Below, piece after piece: positions 45,347 through 54,164 of a DNA stretch of 64,000 nucleotides (the first letter of the stretch is position 1; each line of letters starts with the position of its first letter). The stretch is from the IMG/VR virus record IMGVR_UViG_3300042090_002485, positions 96,001-160,000 of that record. One strand, given 5' to 3'. This stretch comes from a virus. A program made the position numbers and the translations under genes. Below the pieces are notes generated by a model, which made no database searches, was not told the DNA's origin, and saw only the letters and a program-made list of their open reading frames with translations.

Positions 45347-47428
45347 ATGACCACCGACAAGTTCCCGCCGTTCGCGCGGATCGTAGCTGCGTCCTTCCAG
45401 GACATCGTCAAGGCCCCGCAGGCCTACATCACCAACATCGACGGCGACGAGCTGTACCGGCGTTACCTGGCCTCGTTCCCCGAGGGCACCAACCCCATCT
45501 TCAAGAAGGTGACCGAGCACGAGTGCTCGTGCTGCAGGCAGTTCATCCGCCGCGCCGGCAACGTTGTCTCCATCGGCGACCGCGGCGTCGTTCGCACCAT
45601 CTGGGACGAAGCCGAAGAGAAGGCGCCTCATCCGTACAACATCGTGGCTTCGTCACTTCGTGACGCCGTGCTCAACGCCGAGATCTCGGACCTCTTCCGG
45701 GTCGGCGCGAAGGAAGCCGGCTTTGGCGCCGCCACCACGCGATCGATGAACGCCGATGGCCAAGCGCTGACCTGGAACCACCTCTACACGAACGAGATCC
45801 CGCCCGTGCTGCGCATCGCGTCGCCCGACCAGGCCCGCGGCGACTACCGGACAACCGTGCAGGTGTTCACGCGCGGTCTCGCCGAGCTGGTGCCGGCGGC
45901 GCTGGACACGGTCCTGTCGCTCATCGAGGCCAACAACCTGTACCGCGGCGCCGAGCACAAGAACGCCGTCGTCGAGTTCATGAAGGCGCAGCGGGCGTTC
46001 TTGGCCTTGGCCGATAGCCCGCGCGCGCAGAACATCTTCGCGTGGACCCACGCAACCGGCCCGGCGTCGCGGTTCCGCAACACCGTGATCGGCACGCTCG
46101 TGCAGGACCTCAGCGAGGGGCGCGACGTCGAGAGCGCCGTCGCCAGCTTCGAGCAGAAGGTGGCGCCGACCAACTACAAGCGCACCACGGCGGTCATCAC
46201 GCCCGCCATGGTGAAGAAGGCGATGGAGACCATCGAGACGTTGGGCCTCGAGCCCGCGCTCGAGCGTCGCTTCGCCACCATCGGCGACATCTCGGTCCGC
46301 GACGTGAAGTGGGTCGACGGCACGGTCAAGCCCGCCATGAAGGGCGGGATCGGCGACGTGCTCATGAAGGCTGCTGTTGTGAACAACAGCAAGCATGACG
46401 CGGAGCGCGCCGAGGACATCGGACTCGAGGCCTTTGTCGAGCGCGTGTTGCCGGAGGCGACCGGCGTCGAGGTCTTCCTCAAGGGCGAGCACCTCGGCAA
46501 CCTGATGTCGCTGACGGCGCCCGTACACCCGGAGCCCAAGCAGCTGTTCCGCTGGAACAACGACTTCGCATGGAGCTACGGCGGCAACGTCACCGACTCG
46601 ATCGCCGAGCGCGTCAAGAAGGCCGGCGGCAAGGTCGAGGACGCGACCCTGCGTGTGTCCCTGTCGTGGTTCAACTACGATGACTTGGACTTGCACATCC
46701 ACGAGCCAGCTGGGCGCGGCGTCGGCGGTCTGCGCGACCATATCTTCTATGGCAACAAGCGCGGCGCGAGCGGCGGCGCCCTCGACGTCGACATGAACGC
46801 CGGCGGCAACAGGCAGTCGCGCGAGCCCGTCGAGAACGTCGTCTGGATGGACAAGATGCCGAGCGGCGCCTACAAGGTTGTCGTCAACAACTACGTCAAG
46901 ATCGAGTCCAGTGACGTCGGCTTCGTGATCGAGGTGGAGTGCGGCGGCAAGCTCTCGCACTACTCCTACAACAAGGCGGTGCGCGACAAGCAGGACATCC
47001 ACGTCGTCACCCTGCACATGACGGAAGGGCGCATCGAGAAGGTCGAAATGGGTGACCCGGCCATCACGGCGTCGAACATCACCCAGACGAAGTGGGGGCT
47101 CACGACCGAGCAGTACGTGAAGGTCGACGCCGTCACGCTGTCGCCCAACTACTGGGGCGACAACGCGATGGGCAACAAGCACACGTTCTTCGTCTTGCAC
47201 GGCTGCAAGAACGACGAGCCCACGCGTGGCATCTACAACGAGTTCCTGCACCCGCGTCTCGAGGCCCACCGCAAGGTGTTCGAGATCATCGGCGACAAGA
47301 CCAAGTGCCAGCCGACGGAGAACCAGCTCTCGGGGCTGGGCTTCTCGTCGACGAAGCGCGCGAGCGTCCTTGCGCGGGTCCAGCAGGGCAGCAAGCAGCG
47401 GCTGTTCAACATCCACGTCGGGACGTAG
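45347..47428 (+). CDS. Large conserved phage protein with C-terminal YfaP/DUF2135-like beta domain (693 aa)
   Basis: LRVSLSWFNYDDLDLHIHEP...LDVDMNAG...VENVVW...GAYKVVVNNY; N-terminal HECSCCRQF. Confidence 0.75.
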   Translation: MTTDKFPPFARIVAASFQDIVKAPQAYITNIDGDELYRRYLASFPEGTNPIFKKVTEHECSCCRQFIRRAGNVVSIGDRGVVRTIWDEAEEKAPHPYNIVASSLRDAVLNAEISDLFRVGAKEAGFGAATTRSMNADGQALTWNHLYTNEIPPVLRIASPDQARGDYRTTVQVFTRGLAELVPAALDTVLSLIEANNLYRGAEHKNAVVEFMKAQRAFLALADSPRAQNIFAWTHATGPASRFRNTVIGTLVQDLSEGRDVESAVASFEQKVAPTNYKRTTAVITPAMVKKAMETIETLGLEPALERRFATIGDISVRDVKWVDGTVKPAMKGGIGDVLMKAAVVNNSKHDAERAEDIGLEAFVERVLPEATGVEVFLKGEHLGNLMSLTAPVHPEPKQLFRWNNDFAWSYGGNVTDSIAERVKKAGGKVEDATLRVSLSWFNYDDLDLHIHEPAGRGVGGLRDHIFYGNKRGASGGALDVDMNAGGNRQSREPVENVVWMDKMPSGAYKVVVNNYVKIESSDVGFVIEVECGGKLSHYSYNKAVRDKQDIHVVTLHMTEGRIEKVEMGDPAITASNITQTKWGLTTEQYVKVDAVTLSPNYWGDNAMGNKHTFFVLHGCKNDEPTRGIYNEFLHPRLEAHRKVFEIIGDKTKCQPTENQLSGLGFSSTKRASVLARVQQGSKQRLFNIHVGT

Positions 47429-47451
47429 TCGTGCGGGATTACCTTATTCTC

Positions 47452-48387
47452 ATGACGACGACGACGACGACGCTCTCCATCCTCCGCCACGCTCGCTCGA
47501 CCGGCGAGATCATCGCCGCAGTCGATCACCTCCTGCAGCTCGGCTACTCGCCGGACCGCGCCGCCAAGGCCGTGGCGCCGTACGTCCTGCTCGATCTCGC
47601 GCTGGTCGCGGTCCGCCGTCAGGTCGACGCGGCACTCGCCTCGCTGTCGCTTGCCGACCAGGAGGCCGCGGAGTCGGCGGCGGCCAGCCTGCGCGGCTAC
47701 GGGCGCGGCGACCCGCGCCCCTACGAGTGGCAGTTGCTGCGCGCTGTGTGTATCCATGACGTCACCAGCGCCAACCTGGAGGCCGCGTGGGACGACCACG
47801 AGCACGAGGCCGGCGACGAGTCGCAGTGCGACTGCGCCAACGTCGATGATGCCATCGAGCAGGCGACCGCGACCGCCGCGGTGTGCGAGGCGACTGTCGA
47901 CGCCGCTCGCGCGGCGCTCCGCGACAGCGACGAGATCCGACGCTACGAGATCCGTGACGACAACGGTGCGTGGCACGTCGACTCGACGCCTGCCGATCTC
48001 GATGACGACGTGGCCGCGTCCGTCCGTGACGGCGACTGGGATGCAGAGGGCCGCTCGTGGACGTGGCATGGCCGGTCGAGCTGCGCCGCGACCGGCGAAG
48101 AGCACACGCACTCGGTCGAGATCGCCGCGGAGGTCCCGGACTGCGTCGACGACGAGCACGACTGGCAGAGCCCGCACTCGGTGCTCGGCGGTCTCCGGGA
48201 GAATCCCGGGGTGTGGGGCAAGGGCGGCGGCGTGATGATCCGCGAGGTCTGCGCGCACTGCGGGCGCTACCGGCTGATCGACACGTGGGCCGACGACGGC
48301 CGTGGCGGTCACGAGCGTCACGAGTCGTACGAGGACGCCGACGAGGATTCGCTCGCGTGGGTGCGCGAGCGCGCGGAGGCTGCCTAG
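47452..48387 (+). CDS. Hypothetical acidic protein (311 aa)
   Basis: ATG-(ACG)6 start; C-terminal LGGLRENPGVWGKGGG...CAHCG...DTW; more GC-rich than neighbours. Confidence 0.75.
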   Translation: MTTTTTTLSILRHARSTGEIIAAVDHLLQLGYSPDRAAKAVAPYVLLDLALVAVRRQVDAALASLSLADQEAAESAAASLRGYGRGDPRPYEWQLLRAVCIHDVTSANLEAAWDDHEHEAGDESQCDCANVDDAIEQATATAAVCEATVDAARAALRDSDEIRRYEIRDDNGAWHVDSTPADLDDDVAASVRDGDWDAEGRSWTWHGRSSCAATGEEHTHSVEIAAEVPDCVDDEHDWQSPHSVLGGLRENPGVWGKGGGVMIREVCAHCGRYRLIDTWADDGRGGHERHESYEDADEDSLAWVRERAEAA

Positions 48388-48477
48388 ATGCCGCGCGCGA
48401 CCGCGAACTTGAAATCGAAGTAGCCCGCGAACGTTGCGCGGCTGCGTTCAACAACCTGCACTGAAAGAGAAACGACC

Positions 48478-48885
48478 ATGAACAACAACATCTTCGAGTA
48501 CGCCACCCGTTCCAAGCTCCGCTTCGCCTCGCCGCGCGGGGAGCTGTCCGTCGAGCAGCTGTGGGACATCCCGCTCCGCTCCAAGGACGACTTCAACCTC
48601 AACACCCTCGCCAAGACCGCCAACAAGGCGCTCAAGGACATCACGGAGGAGAGCTTCGTCGAGTCGAAGAAGACCGCCGAGCACACGCGGCGCGAGATGG
48701 CCCTCGAGGTCGTCAAGTACATCATCGACATCAAGCTGACCGAGGAAAAGGCCGCTGAGACCCATGCGGCCCGGAAGCAAGAGAAGGAGAAGCTCCTCGA
48801 GATCCTCGCCGAGAAGCAGGCCGGCAAGCTCAGCGAGCTGTCGGAGAAGGAGCTGCAGCGCAAGATCGCGGCGCTGGAGGACTAG
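48478..48885 (+). CDS. Conserved phage coiled-coil protein (135 aa)
   Basis: IFEYATRSKLRFASPRGELSVEQLWDIPL...KEKLLEILAEKQ. Confidence 0.8.
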   Translation: MNNNIFEYATRSKLRFASPRGELSVEQLWDIPLRSKDDFNLNTLAKTANKALKDITEESFVESKKTAEHTRREMALEVVKYIIDIKLTEEKAAETHAARKQEKEKLLEILAEKQAGKLSELSEKELQRKIAALED

Positions 48886-48926
48886 CGCAAGAAGTTCTAC
48901 GCGACCAAGGAACACAGGAGGAGAGC

Positions 48927-49190
48927 ATGACAAGTCCCGAAGACTTGAAGAAGACCGAGGCACTGTTCTGGCAGGAACCGTTCGACGCAGAGGCTGTCAC
49001 CAGCGCAATGGAAGTGCTGGACCCGCCTGCCTTGTTGTCATTGTTCAACGTGTTGGTCGACGCGGCCAAGGACAACACCGAGCAGCGCACACGACTCACC
49101 AAGGCAAACCAGGCGTTGGCGGCCTTGCCTCGATACAACGAGCTGATGCTGCGGCTGCACGAGTGGCGTAAAACGAGAGGCCGCCAGTAA
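48927..49190 (+). CDS. Hypothetical helical protein (87 aa)
   Basis: AGGAGG RBS. Confidence 0.75.
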   Translation: MTSPEDLKKTEALFWQEPFDAEAVTSAMEVLDPPALLSLFNVLVDAAKDNTEQRTRLTKANQALAALPRYNELMLRLHEWRKTRGRQ

Positions 49191-49191
49191 G

Positions 49192-49389
49192 ATGCTCAAG
49201 CGCATCAAGCAGGACTTCGACATCGTCCCGCGTAACGAGTACATGAGCGGGGGTCTCGCACGCGACTGGACGCCTCGATCAAACACGAGCGTCATCGTGC
49301 GTGTGTTGCCGGGCTACCGTGCGCATTTCGAGGCGGAGTTCGATGGACAGGGGAAGCTCCTGTCCATCGGACAGTGGGAAGAGCTGTGA
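49192..49389 (+). CDS. Hypothetical protein (65 aa)
   Basis: ATG 1 nt after the upstream stop. Confidence 0.65.
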   Translation: MLKRIKQDFDIVPRNEYMSGGLARDWTPRSNTSVIVRVLPGYRAHFEAEFDGQGKLLSIGQWEEL

Positions 49390-49922
49390 CGCGCGAGACG
49401 GTTAAGCAGTGCAAGAGCTGCCCGTGGCGTGTCGATTGCGTGCCCGATCGTGACATCCCTAACTACGTCAGGAGTCTCCACAAGGGTCTCGACGGCACCA
49501 TCGCAGAGCCGGGAGACCTGCGCGGGTTGCGCGCGACCACGCTGCGCGTGATGGCCTGCCACTACTCCAAGCCCAGCGAAGAATTCCCGTGCGCGGGCTG
49601 GTTGTACAACCAGCTCGGTCCCGGCAACAACATCGCGGTGCGGCTCCGTGTGATGACCGGCAAGATGCCGGCACCGGAAGTTGATGGGCCGCAACACGAA
49701 ACTTTCGAGGAAACGTTATGCGCACCTTCGGATGGGCAGACGACCATGGAGTCGTGCACGACGTCGTCCCTCGCTCGAGCGACCTTTGGGGCACCATCGT
49801 CTACCAGTTGCGCTGCCGCCCCACCCAAAACATCCGCTACCTGGCCTACACCGAAAACACGACGACGTGCGTCCAGTGCATCGCCGACGCGGTCCGCGAC
49901 GAGAAGGGGACGTAAGCCGTGA
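49386..49922 (+). CDS. Cys-rich phage protein (DUF6283-like) with an apparently extended 3' end
   Basis: QCKSCPWR...MACH.S...CAGWL...NIAVRL; tail after FEETL is compositionally non-coding-like and overlaps gene 49718-49915. Confidence 0.6.
   Translation: MTRETVKQCKSCPWRVDCVPDRDIPNYVRSLHKGLDGTIAEPGDLRGLRATTLRVMACHYSKPSEEFPCAGWLYNQLGPGNNIAVRLRVMTGKMPAPEVDGPQHETFEETLCAPSDGQTTMESCTTSSLARATFGAPSSTSCAAAPPKTSATWPTPKTRRRASSASPTRSATRRGRKP
49718..49915 (+). CDS. HCCC zinc-finger microprotein 19
   Basis: WADDHGVVH...LRC...TTTCVQCIA. Confidence 0.75.
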   Translation: MRTFGWADDHGVVHDVVPRSSDLWGTIVYQLRCRPTQNIRYLAYTENTTTCVQCIADAVRDEKGT

Positions 49923-50344
49923 AGACCGAGGGCTTCAAGGTCGGCGACGTCGTCTTCTACGACGGGCGGCGCGCAAGGGTGACGACGGTACTCGCTGGTG
50001 AGTACGGTCAGCGCGTCGAGTTCCGTATTGACCAGGGCGGGGCCATCATCACGACAACGCCTGGCCTCGACCCAAGGTTCAGCGCAGAAGACACGTCGAC
50101 GCCTGACTTCATTGTAGCCGACGGTCACCCGGCCATCGACAGCTATGGTGTCGTTCACGCGTGCCACGACAACCTGCGCGGGCATCCGCAGGCAGTGTCA
50201 ATCTGCTCGTCGGTCAACGCCTTCCATCGGGTGATCCCATGCGAGAGTACAGTACTTACGTGCGTACGCTGCATCAACACCACCAAGGCCTGGACGGTGC
50301 CCATTTATGAACGAGCCTATGATCGGGACGTGGATCTGCTCTAA
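49919..50344 (+). CDS. SH3-like domain fused to HCCC zinc finger 20 (141 aa)
   Basis: FKVGDVVFYDGRRARV... then DSYGVVH...SIC...VLTCVRCI. Confidence 0.72.
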   Translation: MKTEGFKVGDVVFYDGRRARVTTVLAGEYGQRVEFRIDQGGAIITTTPGLDPRFSAEDTSTPDFIVADGHPAIDSYGVVHACHDNLRGHPQAVSICSSVNAFHRVIPCESTVLTCVRCINTTKAWTVPIYERAYDRDVDLL

Positions 50345-50519
50345 TGGACTTACACACAGTGTGGTGGTCGAGCAATCCTACGGGAACCGGCTCGAGACCT
50401 GTTGTGGCCTGAAGTTACCATGGCGAGCGGCTGACCACGTAGCGAAGCATATGGACAAACGTAGACTGGTGACGTGTGTGCTATGCGTCGGCTGTGATGA
50501 CGACGACCATAACGACTAA
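50307..50519 (+). CDS. HCCC zinc-finger microprotein 21
   Basis: SNGLTH...TCCG...LVTCVLCVG. Confidence 0.72.
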   Translation: MNEPMIGTWICSNGLTHSVVVEQSYGNRLETCCGLKLPWRAADHVAKHMDKRRLVTCVLCVGCDDDDHND

Positions 50520-50706
50520 ATGGGCACTCCGTGGTCCGCTGCAGGCCGTTCTTTTGGACGGCGTAATGCACTACGCGCTGTCGTCCGGGGTGTTAACCTG
50601 CGACACGTTTCCTATCGGACCTGAGTATCTCCACGAAGACAACGTACCGGACCAGGTTGCGACCTGCGTGTGGTGCTGCGTTCACAAGACCAAGAGGACC
50701 CCATGA
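50497..50706 (+). CDS. HCCC zinc-finger microprotein 22
   Basis: LDGVMH...LTCD...VATCVWCC. Confidence 0.7.
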   Translation: MTTTITTKWALRGPLQAVLLDGVMHYALSSGVLTCDTFPIGPEYLHEDNVPDQVATCVWCCVHKTKRTP

Positions 50707-51134
50707 AGCTTGCGCAAGCCCTGTATCACCTCTACTGCGACGACGCCGGTTGGAAGAACTTCCAAGGCAACAAGTGCCCGCAGTGGGACGAGCTGCCGGA
50801 GCCCATCCGCACCCACTGGACAGTGGTCGCGCAGATGTTCGAGAGCCTGACGTTCAACCGACTCGTCGCGATGCGTGACCGTCCCGAGATGTTCGCGTGC
50901 ACCTACGACGGGTTCCTCGGCCAGCTCGGCACGATCTTCGACTACGCGACGGTGTACCTCTCCCCTGGCACGCGCGACAAAGCGTCGCGCGAGCACATGA
51001 TGAAGCTCGTGCACGACGGCCCGAGCGGCGTGATTCAGGCCAATGCGCGCTTTGGTGACGACGAGGCCTCGCTCGAGTGGGCACGAGCCGCCGTCGACCA
51101 GACGAAGAAGCGCATCGAGGAGCTGACGGCATGA
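50703..51134 (+). CDS. Hypothetical protein (143 aa)
   Basis: LYHLYC...WKNFQG..CPQWDELP..IR.HW; GAGG RBS, ATGA overlap. Confidence 0.75.
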   Translation: MKLAQALYHLYCDDAGWKNFQGNKCPQWDELPEPIRTHWTVVAQMFESLTFNRLVAMRDRPEMFACTYDGFLGQLGTIFDYATVYLSPGTRDKASREHMMKLVHDGPSGVIQANARFGDDEASLEWARAAVDQTKKRIEELTA

Positions 51135-51439
51135 TCGTGGGCATGATCGAGGGCGTCGTCCAGGACGACATCGCCGAGCTGGAGGTGCCGGTCTTCCTGG
51201 CGTGGGACGCGCCTACCCTCGTCACCCACGCGGCAACGCTCTACCGCACGGGAAAGCCCTACATCTGGTGCTACGGCGAGGTCCAGGATATGAACGTCAC
51301 CCTTGCACACCGTAACCCAGTGACGTGCGTGCTATGCCGCGCGCGCGGTCCGCGCGGAGTGTGGATTGCCACCGGGAGCAGGCACGGACGTGTCGAAATG
51401 CGTCGCGGTGCGCCCAGTATCACGCTGGATACGGAATGA
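51131..51439 (+). CDS. HCCC zinc-finger protein 23
   Basis: TLVTH...IWC...PVTCVLCRA. Confidence 0.72.
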   Translation: MIVGMIEGVVQDDIAELEVPVFLAWDAPTLVTHAATLYRTGKPYIWCYGEVQDMNVTLAHRNPVTCVLCRARGPRGVWIATGSRHGRVEMRRGAPSITLDTE

Positions 51440-51672
51440 CCGAGCGGGCGTACGTGAAGGCGCTCTCGCCGTACGACACGCTCACGCACCTAGCGGAGGA
51501 AACCTTGGGAACATGGCGAGGTGACATTGCGTCGGTCCTCCAGCTGCCGTGCCGCCCGGGGACTACCGAAATTCTGCCCGCGTCGGTGTTCTTGGGTGAG
51601 GACGACGCGGTCGTGACGTGCGCGCTGTGCCTGGCCGCCATGGTTAACAACCCATCCAAGGAGCCGCCGTGA
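51436..51672 (+). CDS. HCCC zinc-finger microprotein 24
   Basis: DTLTH...LPC...VVTCALCLA. Confidence 0.72.
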   Translation: MTERAYVKALSPYDTLTHLAEETLGTWRGDIASVLQLPCRPGTTEILPASVFLGEDDAVVTCALCLAAMVNNPSKEPP

Positions 51673-52025
51673 GGGGCGCGCAGTTCGACGGCGACATTGC
51701 TACAGCGTCCGCCGAGAAGCTGCTCGAGGAGTTCGAGCGCCTCGAGGCCGAAGAGCGCGCGTTCATCACGGACAACCAGCACCACCTGCTGGCAGACATG
51801 GAGAACCCCTACGACGGCCTGCTCGAGCTGATCGGCAAAGCAAGCCAGGCGCGGTTTAAGTGCACAGTGCGCTTCCTGCGCGAAAACGGGGTCGTGCGCG
51901 CGTCGTGGACGCACGCGGGCGTCACTCACAACTACCTGGGCCGCGGTTGGTGCGCAGGCAAGGTGCGGCTCGACCGCCCGACGCAGCCAGTGACCTGCGT
52001 CGAGTGCTTGGCGAGGCATCCATGA
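51669..52025 (+). CDS. Acidic helical domain fused to HCCC zinc finger 25 (118 aa)
   Basis: WTHAGVTH...GWC...PVTCVECLA. Confidence 0.72.
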   Translation: MRGAQFDGDIATASAEKLLEEFERLEAEERAFITDNQHHLLADMENPYDGLLELIGKASQARFKCTVRFLRENGVVRASWTHAGVTHNYLGRGWCAGKVRLDRPTQPVTCVECLARHP

Positions 52026-52597
52026 GCAAGCGCATGACCCGCCCGCCGCGCGTGGTCTACGCGACCAAGCGCGAGCGCAACATCCTCGACGAAGTCCGCG
52101 TGCGTCCGTCGTTTGGCGCCATCGTCAAGCGGGCACGCGAAATCGGTGACTGGAACTTCGTTGCGTTCAAGGGTCGCCCGGCCCTGCGGTGCAAAGAAAC
52201 CGAGTTCGTGCTCGTTGGCGGGCATCCCGAGAACATCTGCGTGGTGTGGTGGGCTTGCCTCGACTACCTCAACAACTTCGAGAGCATGGTGCGAGCGCTG
52301 TTCGGCAGCCGCTCACAGGCCGACGGCGCGCACGTGCTGTGGGGCGGCAGCCATGGCGAGGGGACGGAGACCCGCCGCATGGTCGCCCGCGCGGCGCTCG
52401 CGCTCGCTGCCGACAAGGTTCTGGGCCGCGCAGCGCCCGATGAGCGCATCGTCCTGGTCGACACCACAGGCATCACGCACGACATGATTTGGATGGAGGC
52501 GATCGGCTGCGACGAGGAGGTATACGTCAAGTGCCCCGAACGTGGCGCCGCGCCAACGTGCGCGCGATGCATCGCGGCTCGCGTAGTGTCGCCATGA
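52022..52597 (+). CDS. Unknown N-terminal domain fused to HCCC zinc finger 26 (191 aa)
   Basis: DTTGITH...IGC...APTCARCIA. Confidence 0.72.
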   Translation: MSKRMTRPPRVVYATKRERNILDEVRVRPSFGAIVKRAREIGDWNFVAFKGRPALRCKETEFVLVGGHPENICVVWWACLDYLNNFESMVRALFGSRSQADGAHVLWGGSHGEGTETRRMVARAALALAADKVLGRAAPDERIVLVDTTGITHDMIWMEAIGCDEEVYVKCPERGAAPTCARCIAARVVSP

Positions 52598-52764
52598 CGA
52601 CGTGGACCGATGCGCATGGCGTCGTGCACATTTGCACGCAGTGGGTCGTCTCCAAGCGATGGACCCTAACGTGCGACGTCGACATGTACGTGACCCCTGA
52701 CAAAATCGCGAGGCCTCCGGTGTGTGTCCTGTGCCTCGCAACGTGGTTGGAAGGGCAATCATGA
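52594..52764 (+). CDS. HCCC zinc-finger microprotein 27 (56 aa)
   Basis: WTDAHGVVH...LTCD...PVCVLCLA. Confidence 0.75.
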   Translation: MTTWTDAHGVVHICTQWVVSKRWTLTCDVDMYVTPDKIARPPVCVLCLATWLEGQS

Positions 52765-52940
52765 CGTGGACCGACTTCAAAACGGGCATCACGCACGAGA
52801 TGACCGAGAACGACGAACATGGCGTCTGGTTCACGTCGTTGTGCTGCGGCTGCGATGTACGATGGCACTGGGCTGAAGCCCGCGGCACGCTCGTGACGTG
52901 CGTGGTGTGCATCGCGATCCTGATGAGGCGCACGTCATGA
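52761..52940 (+). CDS. HCCC zinc-finger microprotein 28 (59 aa)
   Basis: MTWTDFKTGITHEM...SLCC...LVTCVVCIA. Confidence 0.75.
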   Translation: MTWTDFKTGITHEMTENDEHGVWFTSLCCGCDVRWHWAEARGTLVTCVVCIAILMRRTS

Positions 52941-53128
52941 CGTGGACCGATCCCACCGGCATCACCCACGAGATGGTACGCACAGCGAACTTCAAGACGA
53001 CGTTCGGTTACGGCCTCAACTGCGAACCCGCGCTGTTGTTCGGCATGGGCGCGTCGAATTGGCCGACGCGTGTGGTGACGTGCGTGAAGTGCCGAGCGGC
53101 CGAGCCATGGCCGGGGCCGGGCCTATGA
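52937..53128 (+). CDS. HCCC zinc-finger microprotein 29 (63 aa)
   Basis: MTWTDPTGITHEM...LNCE...VVTCVKCRA. Confidence 0.75.
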   Translation: MTWTDPTGITHEMVRTANFKTTFGYGLNCEPALLFGMGASNWPTRVVTCVKCRAAEPWPGPGL

Positions 53129-53334
53129 CGTTGACCTGGCGCGACGCCGCGGGCGTTGTTCACCGCGTCTATGACGTGACGGGCTGGATGTTTATGTGTC
53201 CCTATGACCTCCGAATATGTAGGTTCTTTGGGTGCGACGTCCTAACGACGATCAGCGACGAGGCAATTCGAGTCGACGGCGTGGTGACGTGCGTGGAGTG
53301 CTTGGCCGTGCTGGCCATCACAGGAAAGGAGTAA
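53125..53334 (+). CDS. HCCC zinc-finger microprotein 30 (69 aa)
   Basis: WRDAAGVVH...C...VVTCVECLA. Confidence 0.75.
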   Translation: MTLTWRDAAGVVHRVYDVTGWMFMCPYDLRICRFFGCDVLTTISDEAIRVDGVVTCVECLAVLAITGKE

Positions 53335-53794
53335 CCATGCTTATCCGGTTGTCACCCAAGGAATGCGTAACTCATGAAACGTAAGAAGGTCACAGAGGCG
53401 TTCCAGTATTTGGACGTCGACTGGAATCGCACGTTCAAGCCGAAGTGGAGTGACTCGGCCGTCGAGTTGACCTTCTACAAAGGCAAGGTGCTCGTCAGCG
53501 TGCCGTACGGCACCGCGCGCGCGAAGGCACTCCAGGAGCAAACAGGGTTCGTCGTGGCGGGGTCCGCGTGGCTTCACGCCAAGGATATCGACGGCCTCAT
53601 CAAGCTCCTGCGTGAAGGACGCCGCGTCTATATGCAGCACCAGCGAGATGCTCTCAAGGTCGCCAACTGCGATGACTGTCGCAAGATTTTCGGCGGTGTC
53701 TGCGATCGTCACCGACCGCTGTTCAAGAAGTACGGCAAGAAGAAATCTCCGCCACGGGGACTCCGATGACTGGGTGTCAACCGGATAAGCATGG
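53335..53794. mobile_element. 460-bp non-autonomous element with 24-bp terminal inverted repeats and a 6-bp direct repeat, carrying one ORF
   Basis: Left CCATGCTTATCCGGTTGTCACCCA (53335-53358) vs right TGGGTGTCAACCGGATAAGCATGG (53771-53794): 23/24 complementary; GAGTAA at 53329-53334 and 53795-53800. Confidence 0.75.
53374..53769 (+). CDS. Basic cargo protein of the IR-bounded element (131 aa)
   Basis: Fills the space between the IRs; C-terminal CDDC...CDRH; no DDE or tyrosine-recombinase motif recognised. Confidence 0.75.
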   Translation: MKRKKVTEAFQYLDVDWNRTFKPKWSDSAVELTFYKGKVLVSVPYGTARAKALQEQTGFVVAGSAWLHAKDIDGLIKLLREGRRVYMQHQRDALKVANCDDCRKIFGGVCDRHRPLFKKYGKKKSPPRGLR

Positions 53795-53802
53795 GAGTAA
53801 CC

Positions 53803-53979
53803 ATGTTCCTGCCTGCTATGGAGGGCCGCTACGTCGACAACGACTACATCACGCACGTGTGCGTGCTGCAGACGATAGGTGTGCACCGATGGCGTACCCG
53901 CTGCAGTCTGACCCCAACGAACGCGCAGGTTGACCATATCCGAGTCACGGTCACCTGTGTGTTGTGCATCGCGCCGTGA
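53803..53979 (+). CDS. HCCC zinc-finger microprotein 31
   Basis: DYITH...TRC...TVTCVLCIA; GGAG RBS. Confidence 0.72.
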   Translation: MFLPAMEGRYVDNDYITHVCVLQTIGVHRWRTRCSLTPTNAQVDHIRVTVTCVLCIAP

Positions 53980-54164
53980 GCCGTCGCGATCGAGACCCGG
54001 TGTGGTCTGACGACAGCGGCATTGTGCATCGCCTCTACCCTGGGTCTTCATTACGCTTGCGCGTTGCTTGTAGCAGCTTCGACTACCAGAAACCCGACCG
54101 ACGCGGGCGCTACGTGCGGCGGATCGTCACATGTGTCCGCTGCCTCGCGACGTTCGCGCGATAA
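53976..54164 (+). CDS. HCCC zinc-finger microprotein 32
   Basis: WSDDSGIVH...VAC...IVTCVRCLA. Confidence 0.75.
   Translation: MSRRDRDPVWSDDSGIVHRLYPGSSLRLRVACSSFDYQKPDRRGRYVRRIVTCVRCLATFAR

Noticed and set aside
45653-47416. 587-aa minus-strand ORF
   Set aside because: Antisense shadow of the 693-aa gene.
47421-48435. Possible inverted repeats flanking the 311-aa gene (GTGCGGGATTAC vs GTAGCCCGCGA)
   Set aside because: Match is short and gapped, with no target-site duplication.
53337-53384. 15-codon ORF MLIRLSPKECVTHET at the left IR, echoing GVTHET of finger genes
   Set aside because: Too short to support; the ATG is part of the IR and the resemblance may be coincidental.
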